Below, in pieces: positions 38,365-51,599 of a DNA stretch of 64,000 bases. Position numbers and translations under genes: made by a program. Source of the stretch: Spongospora subterranea f. sp. subterranea (Eukaryota); assembly GCA_049724395.1 (NCBI GenBank), contig JAUGWO010000012.1:1-64000 (forward strand). Direction: 5' to 3'. Below the pieces are notes generated by a model, which saw nothing but the letters and a program-made list of their open reading frames with translations, ran no database searches and was not told the origin of the DNA. Each line of letters begins with the position of its first letter. Within the stretch, counting starts at the first letter, position 1.

Positions 38365-39060
38365 TTAATGGTTTGGATTTTTTGGAGTCGCTTGCGGTCC
38401 TTTTTTGGGGCGACGTTGTCCGTTTTTTCGTAAGATTTCAGCAACCTTTGAAGAGGCTGTTTCAGCGAGCAAGTCTTTCGTTATTTCAATGACAGCATTG
38501 CCATCTTCAGCGGCTTCACGTGCTTTCCCCGCTTTGAGTTCTTTGGCAATGGTGTGTTGAATTTGACGAAGAGAGAATTGCGATTTTATGAGAGTGCAGC
38601 AGTCTGCGATATAGGTAAGGAGATCTGTTTCTTCGGCCTCGGTCCAATTGAGATCAGCATCATCAGGTCTCGGGCGGAGATCGAGGGTCTCGAGAATGTG
38701 GCATATGCAGCGTTTCATTGTTTTCATATCATCGTCAATATCTTTTTTATGTGTCAAAAGAGCATCCTCTAACTTGCGTCTTTCAATTTGCACCAGGATT
38801 CGAATTTCGTCGTCTACTGTTGCTGGACTTGAGAAGGGCAATGTCTTGATCAATTTAGGATGTTTTTCCAAAATATAATCAGGGACTGTTCTAGCGATAG
38901 CTTGATCGGAAAGATTATCGCGTGAGGTGCTAATGGAATCACATTTGAATTCGAGTCCAACTCGTTTTCGAACATGTCGTGAAATTAGGTGCTTGATTTT
39001 CTTGATTCGTAGCCATGCCAATGTGTCTGGGATGGCGATATCGAGCTGTGCTGGATTCAT
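38365..39060 (-). CDS. Hypothetical 231-aa helical/basic ORF, possibly the N-terminal region of a Penelope-like retroelement
   Basis: Long open frame followed by a basic tract and GLGFK-like motif in the adjacent frame, with a hammerhead-like motif upstream. No RT seen. Confidence 0.35.
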   Translation of the reverse strand: MNPAQLDIAIPDTLAWLRIKKIKHLISRHVRKRVGLEFKCDSISTSRDNLSDQAIARTVPDYILEKHPKLIKTLPFSSPATVDDEIRILVQIERRKLEDALLTHKKDIDDDMKTMKRCICHILETLDLRPRPDDADLNWTEAEETDLLTYIADCCTLIKSQFSLRQIQHTIAKELKAGKAREAAEDGNAVIEITKDLLAETASSKVAEILRKNGQRRPKKGPQATPKNPNH

Positions 39061-39397
39061 AGAATGGTGGTGGTCGTGTTTGGGTCACTGAGTGGGTTTT
39101 TATTGAAGAAGAAAAAGGGTTGGCGACCTTCGGAAGGCTCAAGTTCCGCTATTGAAGTGCTCAATTAGGGAAACAGACTGGGGAAAGAGAGCTGGGTTTC
39201 TGCCCTAGTGAAGGGTTCGTCAGTAGTTTGATAAGAGTTGGCAGGCCTATTCTTCCTGTTGACAATCAAAAATTACTGAACGCAGTGGTTTATTGAAACT
39301 CTCACTCGTGGAGTTGAGTCGAGTGTTTAACTCATGACTAGCTCGCGTGCCTTCGGGTTGGGCGGAGGCATGAGCAGGGGAAGATAATACTTGTATG

Positions 39398-39951
39398 AGA
39401 TCAGCAGAATCCAATCTGTCCGGGTTTGCGATTACACTGCCAACGTATATATAGGGATATATCAATGTTGCTTATTGTTTGTTAAGGTTGTCAGTTCAGG
39501 AAGAACAAGTATCTGCTGTTCTGTGAGACACTGTAGACACTGATTTGCTGCATGATAGGACAGCATCGTTTGAAATCCACGTATTCCATTAGGAGTGTAT
39601 CGGTGCACAACGCGTCGTTCTCCACGATCGAACAGTTTCCCACACTTGCTACATGTACTTCCTCAGGAAACCAGCAGGCACAAAACGTCAACGGGGCCCC
39701 ATTGCCATCTCGATGCAATTTGTAGGACAAAGAGGCAAGGCGGTGGTTACCTCGGTTGATGTTAATGTGGACTTGCTTTGATAACGTGGGGCATCATGCA
39801 GCAAATCAGTGTCTACAGTGTTTCACAGAACAGCAGATACTTGTTCTTCCTGAACTGACAACCTTAACAAACAATAAGCAACATTGATATATCCCTACAT
39901 ATACGTTGGCAGTGTAATCGCAAACCCGGACAGATTGTATTGTGCTGATCT
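39398..39951. repeat. 159-bp inverted repeat with 236-bp spacer
   Basis: 39398-39556 is the reverse complement of 39793-39951 with 4 mismatches counted by eye. No TSD seen. Confidence 0.95.
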
Positions 39952-40244
39952 GACACCAATTTACAGTTTGGGCAGACCACGTACCGCGTTGAACAACCGG
40001 GCATGAGCGCAAACTGTGCGAATTTCACTGAGTACCCATCATCAGGTCGGGCATAACAAGCATCTGCCGACTTATCGTGCCCGGCATGCCCTGCTACGCG
40101 TGTTAGGACCGCATTCGGAAATGGTCACCTTGTTGGTTCGACGAATAATAGGGCGACGTGACTGTTTCAAACCAATTCATTGTCAATAATGTATTATTTT
40201 GTTACATTATCAAAGATGCTGGTTAAAAATACTTCGGATTCCGG

Positions 40245-41164
40245 TCAAACAGTTAATTTGCCAACGCAGCATTTTCCAAGTAAGAAACTTGCATTAACCC
40301 AAGGATGCGTGGCATCTAAAGGACATCTTAGATGAGCAACACAACCATTATGATTCATAACAATGTACCAAACAAAGCAGTAGCGTCCTTTCCAGCTGCA
40401 CGCATCAGTTCAGAACGGCCTGCGTGGGAATTGACTATGATGAACGAATTCATTGCAAAAACAGTACCTCCCGGGTGGAAATCGAGGTACTCGGTTACGT
40501 TGTAGACAAACCCACGATGGGCAATCCACGTATCAAGTGGATGACAATGCTCAGCGACTTGGTCTAATGTGTATGCACTCAGTTGCCGAGGAGCCATCTG
40601 ATTGGTCAATCGCAACCAGTCCATGGCAGAATGGCCCGATGACAACGGCTGCTTGGGTCTTTTGTGAATCTCACCGGTCAACGACGACGTCGATTGGAAA
40701 GCAGGGACCGGAGGTATGGGCGATGAGGAATTTCTTGCTGAAAACGGTTTCAGTTTTTGGAGACCTGAGTGACGTTGGTGAGAGGCGGGTACAGGATTAG
40801 GTACGGCGTCGTCGACAACATTCACGTCTACGTCCGAAACATCGACATCAGTAGGAGGTTGACCATAAGAAGGGTCATCTTCATGAAGAAATATCCCGAT
40901 TAGAAAATTCGCCATAAGTTTCTTCGCGTATTTAGAGTGACCAGTTTCATCGAACTCTTTGGATGCGTCTTTACCCTGAATGACGAAAGTCAGAGCGAAA
41001 GCCTGACGACGTTGACCGTATCGTACCGCACTATAGCGAATTATTTCAAGCCCGCCTGGGTGCTCGTTGAACGCGCCTAAATCGTAAACGTGATCATGGA
41101 TCGCGACCCAGACGTCCTGACGATGGTCGGCTAGCTCTCGAGGGCCGATGCGCCTTGAGGACAT
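40245..41164 (-). CDS. Protein with two cytochrome b5 heme-binding domains, spliced
   Basis: Domain 1: W..I...VYD..F..HPGG...GKDAS.EF..GHS. Domain 2: GHSAMDW, VYNVT.YLDFHPGG, AGKDAT.LF/D..HPWVN (RLF/NCB5OR type). Confidence 0.88.
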
Positions 41165-41837
41165 TAACACCTGATGTGCACGAACCCTCTATCAATCATT
41201 AAACGCGTTTACTGCCAGACCGATCACCTCGATGATGAAAATGAACTCAAAAGTAAAATGGGTTCAGACTACAGCAGCCACGGCCAGGAGGCCAAGCATC
41301 GGCCCAAACAGTTTTCAAAATCACTTATGTACATTCTCTCACTTGTGTCCCGCCGCCGATTCCGTTGATCAAATCATCAGTTGAATAACTGAAATAAATG
41401 ACCAAGATACTAGTCGTTTATAAGTGGAAATTGCTAACCAAATCTGACCTCGGAATGGCTGGGGCTATTAGATGCCGAGTTTGTGATTGTTGCAGAGTGA
41501 CCTTTGAAAATGAATTCTTCCCGAACGACGAGTTTCTCAGGCAATCGATATTTCCGATTATTTGCTCCCAGAAAGTTGTCCATAAATGGTTTCTCTTAAT
41601 GCGATGCGAGAGATAATCCGGCAAGCACAACTCGTCCCCATGCGTGAATACAGCTGGAGAGAATGATTAAATACACCATGGTGGGCCCCGCGCCGTGGGA
41701 TAACACATGACTCGCAGTGACGCAACAGTGTGAGCCACATGAAGGATTCAACGATGGGCACGTCGTAACTATAGTAACTCGGCCTCCTTTTTTATCCGGA
41801 TTGTAGCTCTGCTAAGTCATATCGTTCTCCTTCAGCG

Positions 41838-44800
41838 ATGAATAGGAACGCGCCGCGATTGTGGGCGTGCACCCGCGCTTTTCTTTGGAGAAATTATCTA
41901 ATGAAAAAACGACGTCCACGCCAAACGGTGTTAGAGATTTTCACCCCGATTGTCATAATGCTATTCATAGCATGTTTGAGGTTGGCCTTACCAGTTCAAA
42001 ACACTCCCGCTGTCAGATAAGTCTCCGATCGATTCATAATTTTGATAACTGATCTGTTGCGTTTTCCGTAGGTGCCAGACGATCCGTCTATGCACAACTC
42101 AGTCAACACTGACGCACCGTTGGACATCATCCAGAAATTATCTGAAGATCCTTCACTCCGCATCCTAATGACGGGGTCGACATCGAATTCCATCTCAGCT
42201 GCCGTGAGCGTGCTTTCTTTCGAATGATTTTCGATACCTGAATCTCTATCTAGACAGTGGCGGATATTGCAACTCACCTTCGTTCACGTTTGTCGCAACA
42301 ATCGTCAGCACTTGTTTATACCGAGAACGAAGACGTGTTAATGCAGGAATTTTCCCGAGGAAAAGTTGGCGAAAATTCACATCCTCATGTGGTTCGCGTT
42401 TAGCTGGTTATTTCAGGTTCTCGCTGGAATTGTTATTGGACCAGTTCCGAATGGAGATGGACTCCGAGTTGCATTACGTATGCCACAAGTTACTGTACCT
42501 CTCACGACAAGCGTTTTCAACGAGACTGGACAATCCGGATCGTATGTTGATTCTATGTTCGTGTCATTGCAGGTAATTCTCATCCCATCTGTCGAATTTG
42601 CGGACATGATTTCAGAATGAATGTTGATTATGCTTCGATAGGCTGCCATAGCTGCATCGATAGTGGAATCAGTAACTGGAGCAAGTCAGTTTCCCAAACT
42701 GGTCACCTCCCGAGCGTTCCCTATGAAGGCTTCCTCAATCGACCTTTTTCCTGTAATCGTGCAACAAGTGGGAGGTATTTTCGATAGAAGATTGAGGTTT
42801 ACTCATATACTTAAACACCGATCAGGGCTTTACTTGGTTACTGGGTATCTCGGATTCTCAATTAATTTGCTTTTCGTTCTGGTCCAAGAAAAGGAAGTAT
42901 GTGTTTTGCCAACCATCGTCGTCGCCTTCATTTAGTTCCTTTTTTTTCTAGAATCGATCCAGAGAATAGACTATGTTGATCACAGGCGTTCCTTTGCTTT
43001 CATTATGGATTTCTTGGCATATCACATACTCGCTATTGTCGATGGTCGTCACGATTTTATCGACCGTAATCGTGTATACGACTTCACTGATCAGACCAGA
43101 AGCAATATTTTCTTTTATGATTCTATTGAGCTCATTTTCCTGCGTCTGTTTGATTGCCTAATCTGTTGTCCACATAATTTATTGGTTCTCAGGCTTTGAT
43201 ATCATTTTCATTTACTATCTCAACGTTTTTTTCCAAGGCGAAAACGGCGAGTCAAGTTGGCAGTCTAACTATGATGCTAATGTATCTTCCTCGATATCTT
43301 TTCAATGATTCTTACAATGTGAAAATGAAAAACACTGCTCATTTGATCCAATTTTTGACGCGTTGTTCAGTATCTATTGGCATGCTTATCTCCTCCGATA
43401 GCCTTCGAGCATGGGTTCACGCTGCTACTTGACCCAAAAGCCGAGCCGTTTTCGTTCCAGATCCTAATATTTCCGCTTTTGATCATGATCGATAGCTTTG
43501 CCCTAATGTTTCTGGCGTTTTATTTAGATGCAGCGATGCCATCTGTAAAAACGATCAGTCTTGAATTATCCGTCCATTTAAATCAGAAAATCTTGCCTCA
43601 GGAGTTTCGTTCATCGCCAATCTGGAGTCCATGTCGTAAAAAACGGCCTGTTTCTCCATTATATAATGATCCTGATCACGTGTCGTTAATCCCGTTAATC
43701 GGTATCCGCTGTAAATTCCGCCTTCGAAATGCCAACGTTTACAGGTGGTGCTCAAAATCATGTTCCCGGAAGCGAGTTGCATAACGAGAATGCAGTGTCA
43801 ATGCCAAAAGACAATAATGTGATCTCCATTCGTGGATTATCCAAGGCATTTGCTTGCGAACCTAAGGGAAATCTCGTCCGTGCCCTTTCAGGTCTTAACC
43901 TCGACATTAAATGCGGCAAACTAACGAGTATTCTTGGCCATAACGGAGCAGGTACATTGGATATTTTTCATGTTTCGTTGTCATCGTTTACCTTTACAGT
44001 TTACATCGCGCTGCATCCTATTGTGTTTTTTTTTTCTCAAACAGCACCAAAATAATTTTCGTTTCGCATGAAGGAAAGACGACGTTAATGTCTATTCTAT
44101 GCGGCTTGCTTTCTGCCGATGAAGGAACCGTATATATTGATGGTGATATTGACCTGGTCAGCTGAAAGCGCTTTGGTTGAGCCGCATCTAATTTATTGGA
44201 CTGATCACCGTAGCTGGGTTCGGTGCACAAGGTTCGAGAAACGTTGGGGATTGGCTATTGCCCTCAAACGTAAGAATATTCACCCTAACATACATATCGA
44301 AGTTGCCTCGTGTTTAAAGTTTTTTTCTTGGTTACGTTGTCAAAAATATTCTTCTTCGCAATTCTACTGTAGTGATGTTGGTTTATTCTTTAGAGACCAA
44401 ATTATCCCGGAATTGACCGTTACAGAGCATATTAATTTGTTTGCAAGACTGAAAAACGTTGATCCTCATACTATCGATGGACTTCTTGCAACTTTCAATC
44501 TTGGCAATATTGCCGATCTTTCTGGATCTCACTTGAGCGGTGGTCAGAAACGAAAACTATCTCTAGCAATGTCGATGGTATTATTCGCCATGTTTTGACT
44601 TCATGTTTTGAAATTTTCAATCTTGCCTGCAGATTGGGAATCCGTTGATTGTATTTTTGGACGAACCATCAGCTGGACTGGATCCCGTGTCAAGACGAGA
44701 AATGTGGGAAATATTGGAGCAGTTCAAATCGCAACATTACCTGGTCATGACCACACAGTTAGTCCTTCAATATTTTTTGTTTTTTTTCTCGTAAAGTTGC

Positions 44801-47800
44801 AAATCATAGTGTTTTAAGCTAAAATACAAGTTGTCAAAATTGTTGGTTTTTTTAAAACAAATACGGTTCTTTTTTTACTGGGTGTGACAAAATGCCAGTT
44901 TTACATTCGAAACATTTTGGTCAAAGTATAACTTAAATAAACTGTTGACAGCTCAATGGACGAAGCAGAAATGATGAGTGATATGATCGTGGTGCTGAAC
45001 AACGGCCAGGTTTGTGCGTCAGGATCTTCGCTCGAGTTGAAACGGTCCTTTGGTCTTGGATATAACCTCACTGTTGCCCTTGCCCCGAATATCGAATCCA
45101 AGAATCTCGTCAGTTTTGTAGTTGATTCTATTCCCGGTAAGATAAGTTTGCAAGTTTAGGATCGGCCATCAGCGAGTTTTCTGTAGAATATGTTAAGCTT
45201 TTCTGTACTTTCCGACGAACGTATTGAGCTGTGTTTACAGATGCGTCCATTCGCGAATCCCAGTCTCAATCGGAAATTTCGTTTTCTCTACCCTTACATC
45301 AAACTGCAAATTTCGCCCAGGTGCTGAGTTCACTTCAGAGGGTCTCTGGTGTCATCTCATTATCCTTGTCTTTAACAAGTCTTGAAGAGGTTATTTTTCA
45401 TTCTTTATGAGCTTCAAAAATCAATTCCTAATCCGTATCAGGTTTTTTTGCATTTAGTGAACGATAAATGTGACACCGATGATACTGCAATATCTGATGT
45501 TAATCCATCCCTACCGAAATTCCCAGCCGGAGAACCTTCATTCCTAATGCTTCGTCAGCTAGCTGCTTTATTATGGACGTTCTTCACAGTGTCCCGTAGA
45601 GATTTTCGTAGCCTAATCTACCAGATTTTACTCCCAGTTGCGGGGGCCGTCGCTTTTGCGATAATCAATCATTCATTGGCATATTCAAATAGTGCAACAA
45701 TTCAAGATCCACCGCTCTCGTTTCTGGATAAATCCATTTTTCCTACGAAAGGTAAATTCTCTCTGCTGTTGAAATTGGGATTATTTCTGTTACACCTATT
45801 TTGTTGTCCGTTTTAACGTCTGACCTATTTCAGTGATTCCCGAAACGCGCGTGTTCATGGCCGAGACTTTGCAGCGACTTGGGTTGCGCGAGATTTTGAT
45901 CACGTCCAACAATATGGAAGAAGCCCTGTTATCCGACTCCGTGCCCTCTTCGACAATTGCCTTTGCCATGGACACCTCTCTTCTTGTCTACCACAATACC
46001 AGTTTTCTGCACTCGTTGCCCGTACGATATGTCCCACAGTGCCATCTTTTTTAGAGTGTGAATGCTGTCAAAACTCATGAGTTGTTTTCAATGAATATTT
46101 GCTGTTTTGCGTAACGAGAACTTTCTGATCTGATTCTGACACATTGTAGGCGGCCATCACACTGTTGACTAATGGTGTCTCCGGTGGAACACATATCGAT
46201 TTTGTTTCACACCCGTTCCCGTATTCTGTAGTAAATGATTCTGCACGTTCGATGATGGCCGCAATATTGTTATCATTGGGTAGTTACCTTTCGTCGCAAT
46301 CTTCGCCTATCGTTGCCACATGTTTCTGAGATCAAAACTGATCGTATAGGTTTTGCGTATGTTCCACTCGGTTTAGGAATCGGTAATCCGCTATAAAAAT
46401 GAAATCTCAACGTTTAGAATTTGTTATCGTCAACCCATTATTTTTCGGTTTTTGATTTTTCCATACTGCGGTTTAATCTCCCTTGCTTTCTCCTGCTGGC
46501 TCACTTTCAGAATCTTAGGAATTCTTCGATTCAAAATAAACGGCGCTCAACGTTTATTGAGGATTATGGGTATGCGGCCATTACTATTTTGGATAGCCAG
46601 GTGACAGCATTGAAATTGTATCTGATACCCCTTCTGATCGTCAAGTCGTCGTGGATCAATCCAGATTGTTGCATGATACTCTGATCTACATGGCATCATC
46701 AATATTTTGTCTAACCGTTATTGTCGCTGTGTCATGGGAATGGACTCTTCTACGGGATCGACTGGGATCGATTCTGGTTGGATTTCTGTGCAACGCGTTC
46801 GCCACTCTGTCATTCAACGCGTAAATTATTTTTATATTATTGTCTCTTCTGCTGATTGCCGAGTTCTTCATTTTGCAGTTTCTTATCTACAAAAACGGAA
46901 ACAGTCCAGTCGTATTCAACAATATCCTCAATGGTGTTCGCTATCGGAACACTAGTTGTTTTTTTCATTGCGGTCGCCGTTCTTTCTTCACCAACAACTT
47001 CGTTCTCTTTATGCCCTCTTGTTGTGCTGCCAAATTTCACCTTGATTGCGTCCCTGCTGTTAAACTTGGAGGTTCTTGGGTTCGTGACCTGAACTACAAC
47101 ACATCGCAACGTCTGAACACATTATTTAGTCCGCTTACTATATCTTTGCTTCCGCTTTGTCTGTCAGCATTAACAGTCTCAGTTTTTTGGCTATTGTTGG
47201 CGTTACGCTCTGATTGCCGAGAGTTGAAAAGGAGTTCAAAGAGGTCATAGCGAAAAACAAACTGCAGGGATATTTTGGCTAAACGACTTACGTTTTAGGA
47301 CAAATGAATCATTGCTCCAGATTCAACCTGAGGACGAAGACGTGGCCGTCGAGCGCGCGCGAATCGCAAGCCAATACGAGACATACGACGATATGTGCCT
47401 TGATAATATCGCGATTAGCTTGGGTGACGTAGATATCGTTCACGGCATCAGTTTTGGCATCGGAAGTGGCGATATATTCGGTCTTTTGGGTCCAAACGGA
47501 GCCGGTTGGTTTTTTGTTTTGATTCCGTTGTATCATTGACGCTGAGTTCTTCTGAAGGGAAGTCAACGACCATGAAATGTCTAATCGGAGAAGTTTTACC
47601 CATATCTGGGCGATGCCGTATTGATCAGCTCGATCTGATTGCGGATATCGATGATATTTACAAGGTCCGTCTGTTTACCGCATGTTCATCCAATATTGCC
47701 TTCATTGTCTTCCTAGGTCACAGGATATGTACCTCAAATGGATGCCCTTGTTGACCATTTAACCGGAAGCGAACATTTGCAGCTTTTCGCTCGTATGCAG

Positions 47801-48699
47801 GCATGACCTGCAGGTTTTCCGATAATTTTCCGTTTCTAAAGACGGTTGCTGCAATAGGGGATGAGTCGAAGAGATTGTCGCGCGTATTGCGAAATTGCGG
47901 TCATCGCCTTAGGCCTGTGCCAAAATCGGTGATCGAATGGCGACAACTTACAGTGGTGGCAATAAGAGTATAAATTCATTAACGTCGTCCTATTTCCCGT
48001 TAAAGTTTGATTGTTATTTTCACAGGAAAATTATCACTGGGAATTTCTTTAATCGGTTGCCGCCGTCTGCTTTTGCTAGATGAACCATCAACAGGTATCT
48101 TACCATGTCTGCTGTATTTCATCTGACAATCTTGACTCATCTAGGTCTTGATCCTTCCTCCCGTCGCCGACTACGAAAACTAATCACCGATTCTCGTCAG
48201 GATCGGATGACCATTATCACAACCCATTCGATGCGTAAGCAGATTTCTAAATCACACTGATTAGCTCTTGACCGCAACATCTACTTAGACGAAGCGGAGC
48301 TCCTATGCACACGAATATCAATAATGTGCCGCGGAATTCTTCAGTGCATTGGCTCTCCTCATCATATCAAAAGCCGTTTTGGTGATTCCATCCAGGTGAT
48401 TATGTGAAAATCGCGTCACCACTCTGTGATCCCAAATTGTATAGATCGAAGTGTCAATACAACGTGCGTCATATTCGTTGTTCACGTCGGGGTTCCGAAG
48501 ACACTTCTCCAACTTAATCGAAGTGGATCATTACGGTGGCCGCATACGTTATCGGCTACCAAGTTCGGATATCGCGACGCTGCCAGAACTGTTCCGATAT
48601 CTGGATGGGCAACGGTGTCTCAAAATCATCGTCGACTATTCATTGTCACAAACGTCTTTAGAACAAGTTTTTATTCAATTCGCCAATATGAGAATATGA
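41838..48699 (+). CDS. ABCA: ABC transporter subfamily A, full-size, many short introns
   Basis: N-terminal LW.N....RR....LEI; NBD1 LGHNGAG/KTT, LSGGQKRKLS, LDEPSAGLDP; NBD2 LGPNGAG/KSTT, YSGGNKR/KLS, LDEPSTG/LDP; C-terminal YSLSQTSLEQVF. Possible 1-bp frameshift near 47917. Confidence 0.93.
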
Positions 48700-48987
48700 T
48701 GTTCAAACATCTGCTGTAGCTGTATAAACTGTATTCAAACTTGATTTTGTTGAAACGGTGTCAAATTTCGATTATTGGAACCGGCTGTATACAACCCAAA
48801 CTGGCAGGACATTCGCCATCAAAACAATCCACGTTTCTGGGGGCGGAAACGGAGTGGTGATACTGAGGTGCTGTTAACAATGTTGGTCAGTGACGTCCTG
48901 AAAGTGGTTGTTTTGTGAGTCAGACGCTCTGAAAGTACATTTATTACGGGGATTATAAAAAACTATTTCTCTTTAAACGGGTCGTTA

Positions 48988-50638
48988 GAGCATCTCCACC
49001 GCAAATCCTCAAATTCACCAGTCCCTATCCCTAAATATGTTCGAACGGCCTTTTATAGGGACAGTTAGAGCATCTCCACCGCGTCCCTAAAACAGTCCCC
49101 TCGCACTTTTTCAAAGTCTTTGGGGACAAAATTTATCCCCACCGCAGTCCCCATCCCCAAAAAACTACGAAATCGACCCCAAATTTTGGGGACTGCCCGA
49201 AAGCTGTCCCCACGGAGTAATTCCCTGACAATTACAGTCAATCATGAATGATTCAGCTGTCGAGGAGTGTGTTGCTCCTGGAGCAACGAAGAAGGCCGGT
49301 CGAGGCAAATCATGGAAAGATGAGGAAAACCTCGCGCTTACGCGTGCGGTAGGATCGGTTGGCTACGATTCCATCAACGGTGTAGGAGCGCGTAAATACT
49401 CGCCAGCGAATCTCCCCACAACTGCTGCAGCGAACCGGTCAAGGCAAACTGCCGCAGTGCTCTCTCCGATTCGAATATACTCGTCGCATGCATCTGCACC
49501 GGTTCCATACGCCATTTGCCGAATCGCCGCGGTGACCTGTTGAATGGTGGACAGTCCGGATTGGAGCAGAGCGTCTTTCTTCTGCTCGAAGTACTCGTCG
49601 AAATCTCGGACGCCGTTGAGAACGCGTAGAAAAACTTCTCTCCTCATCCGAAAGCGTCGGCGACACAACCTGTAATTGTAAATAGGGTTTTCCGAGAAGT
49701 AATCAGAGTAAATGCGGGCCGCACCCAGTGCTCGTCCACGTTCGACATTACGTTTTCGGCCAACCCTTGAGTCCCCATGGCGAGAACCTAATTGCCCTGA
49801 ACTGAACATTTCATCGTCGGATGACAGAACAGCATCAATGATAGCATCGTTCTGATCCTCTTCGATAAACGACATTTGCAACCGGCGAAGCAGGTCATGA
49901 AGATATACGGATCGTTTTTGGGGATACCTCGGAGCATCTCCACCGCAAATCCTCAAATTCACAGTCCCTATCCCTAAATATGCTCGACGCCTTTTATAGG
50001 GACAGTTAGTGCGTCGTTAGTCCACCGCGAGGTTTTCCCAAAAACGATCCGTATATCTTCATGGACCTGCTTCGCCGGTTGCAAATGTCGTTTATCGAAG
50101 AGGATCAGAACGATGCTATCATTGATGCTGTTCTGTCATCCGACGATGAAATGTTCAGTTCAGGGCAATTAGGTTCTCGCCATGGGGACTCAAGGGTTGG
50201 TCGAAAACGTAATGTCGAACGTGGACGAGCACTGGGTGCGGCCCGCATTTACTCTGATTACTTCTCGGAAAACCCTATTTACAATTACAGGTTGTTTCGC
50301 CGACGCTTTCGGATGAGGAGAGAAATTTTTCTACGCGTTCTCAACGGCGTCCGAGATTTCGACGAGTACTTCGAGCAGAAGAAAGACGCTCTGCTCCAAT
50401 CCGGACTGTCCACCATTCAACAGGTCACCGCGGCGATTCGGCAAATGGCGTATGGAACCGGTGCAGATGCATGCGACGAGTATATTCGAATCGGAGAGAG
50501 CACTGCGGCAGTTTGCCTTGACCGGTTCGCTGCAGCAGTTGTGGGGAGATTCGCTGGCGAGTATTTTCGCGCTCCTACACCGTTGATGGAATCGTAGCCA
50601 ACCGATCCTACCGCACGCGTAAGCGCGAGGTTTTCCTC
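48988..50638. mobile_element. Second PIF/Harbinger family: internally deleted element plus inverted partial duplicate
   Basis: TTA then TIR GAGCATCTCCACCGC at 48988 (repeated at ~49068 and 49932). Myb 5' fragment at 49244 (+; RGKSW..EE..LTRA) is fused near 49380 to the transposase 5' fragment (-). A second transposase fragment lies at 50061-50597 (+). Confidence 0.92.
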
Positions 50639-51067
50639 CGACGCAGAAACAGGATAGTGTTTGACGATGTGTCATCTGAACGATTCGCAACGACCCTGCC
50701 TGTCAACAGCTCCTACTTCCCTATTGACTTAACACCCGATGTCGATAGTCAACTTGGTATTTACATCCTTCATTAGATGAATAATGTTGTCAAGGAGGTA
50801 CACCGGTGCCAATATGTTCTGCCCAATCCCGCAACCTCCTCCCCGCTAGCCTAAATTTGGGCCCATGTTCTCATCGAATTAAACTACTGATGGACGACAC
50901 CAGTAATCTGCACGAGATCGAATTTTCCAATTTCATTACGGTTGTATTCAACGTCTTGGAAGTATCCGCCAAGAATGGGGAACGACCACTCGTTGCAGTG
51001 TGAAGTTTTGTCCATTGTAGTTTATTCAGCGTAAAATGTGGTAGAAGTGTTTCTTCGTTACCCATCT

Positions 51068-51140
51068 GTCCGAATGGTGTAGGGGTTATCACACGTGTCT
51101 AACACACACGAGGTCGCCAGTTCGAGACTGGCTTTGGACA
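51068..51140 (+). tRNA. trnV-AAC: tRNA-Val (AAC)
   Basis: Identical to the 37811 copy and followed by a T-run. Confidence 0.97.
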
Positions 51141-51599
51141 ATGTTTTTTTTACAGATAACCATCAATCTTGGGTCATGAACTCATGAGCCTCAAACAAAT
51201 TGCTGTTTGGTGTTTTTTGATGCCGCTACTCGCGATTTCATCGTATTCCTGATCCTTGCAGCAATTACTGTGTCAAATGTATTTGAGTTGTTTGAAATTC
51301 GGTTCACAAACTGGTACACACGAGATGAAAACTAAAGAAGAGTGATTGTTTCAAGGTATATTGGTGTATTACAAGTCACCATATCTAATTCTCAAAGTGA
51401 CTACCAGAAGAGTGACATTGCTAATACTCCCTTTCGCTTAATAGTCATTGTTGCAGTTCCGCTGTTGCACATCTCTTGTTCATTTCGTCCTTGATAAAAG
51501 TCCTGACTCCTGGTTGTCTTGGAGAGAAAAATGAACCGATGGGGTATTTCTCTATGACCCTGATCGGTCAGAACCGCGGAAACTAGAAGTGCTTTTCGA

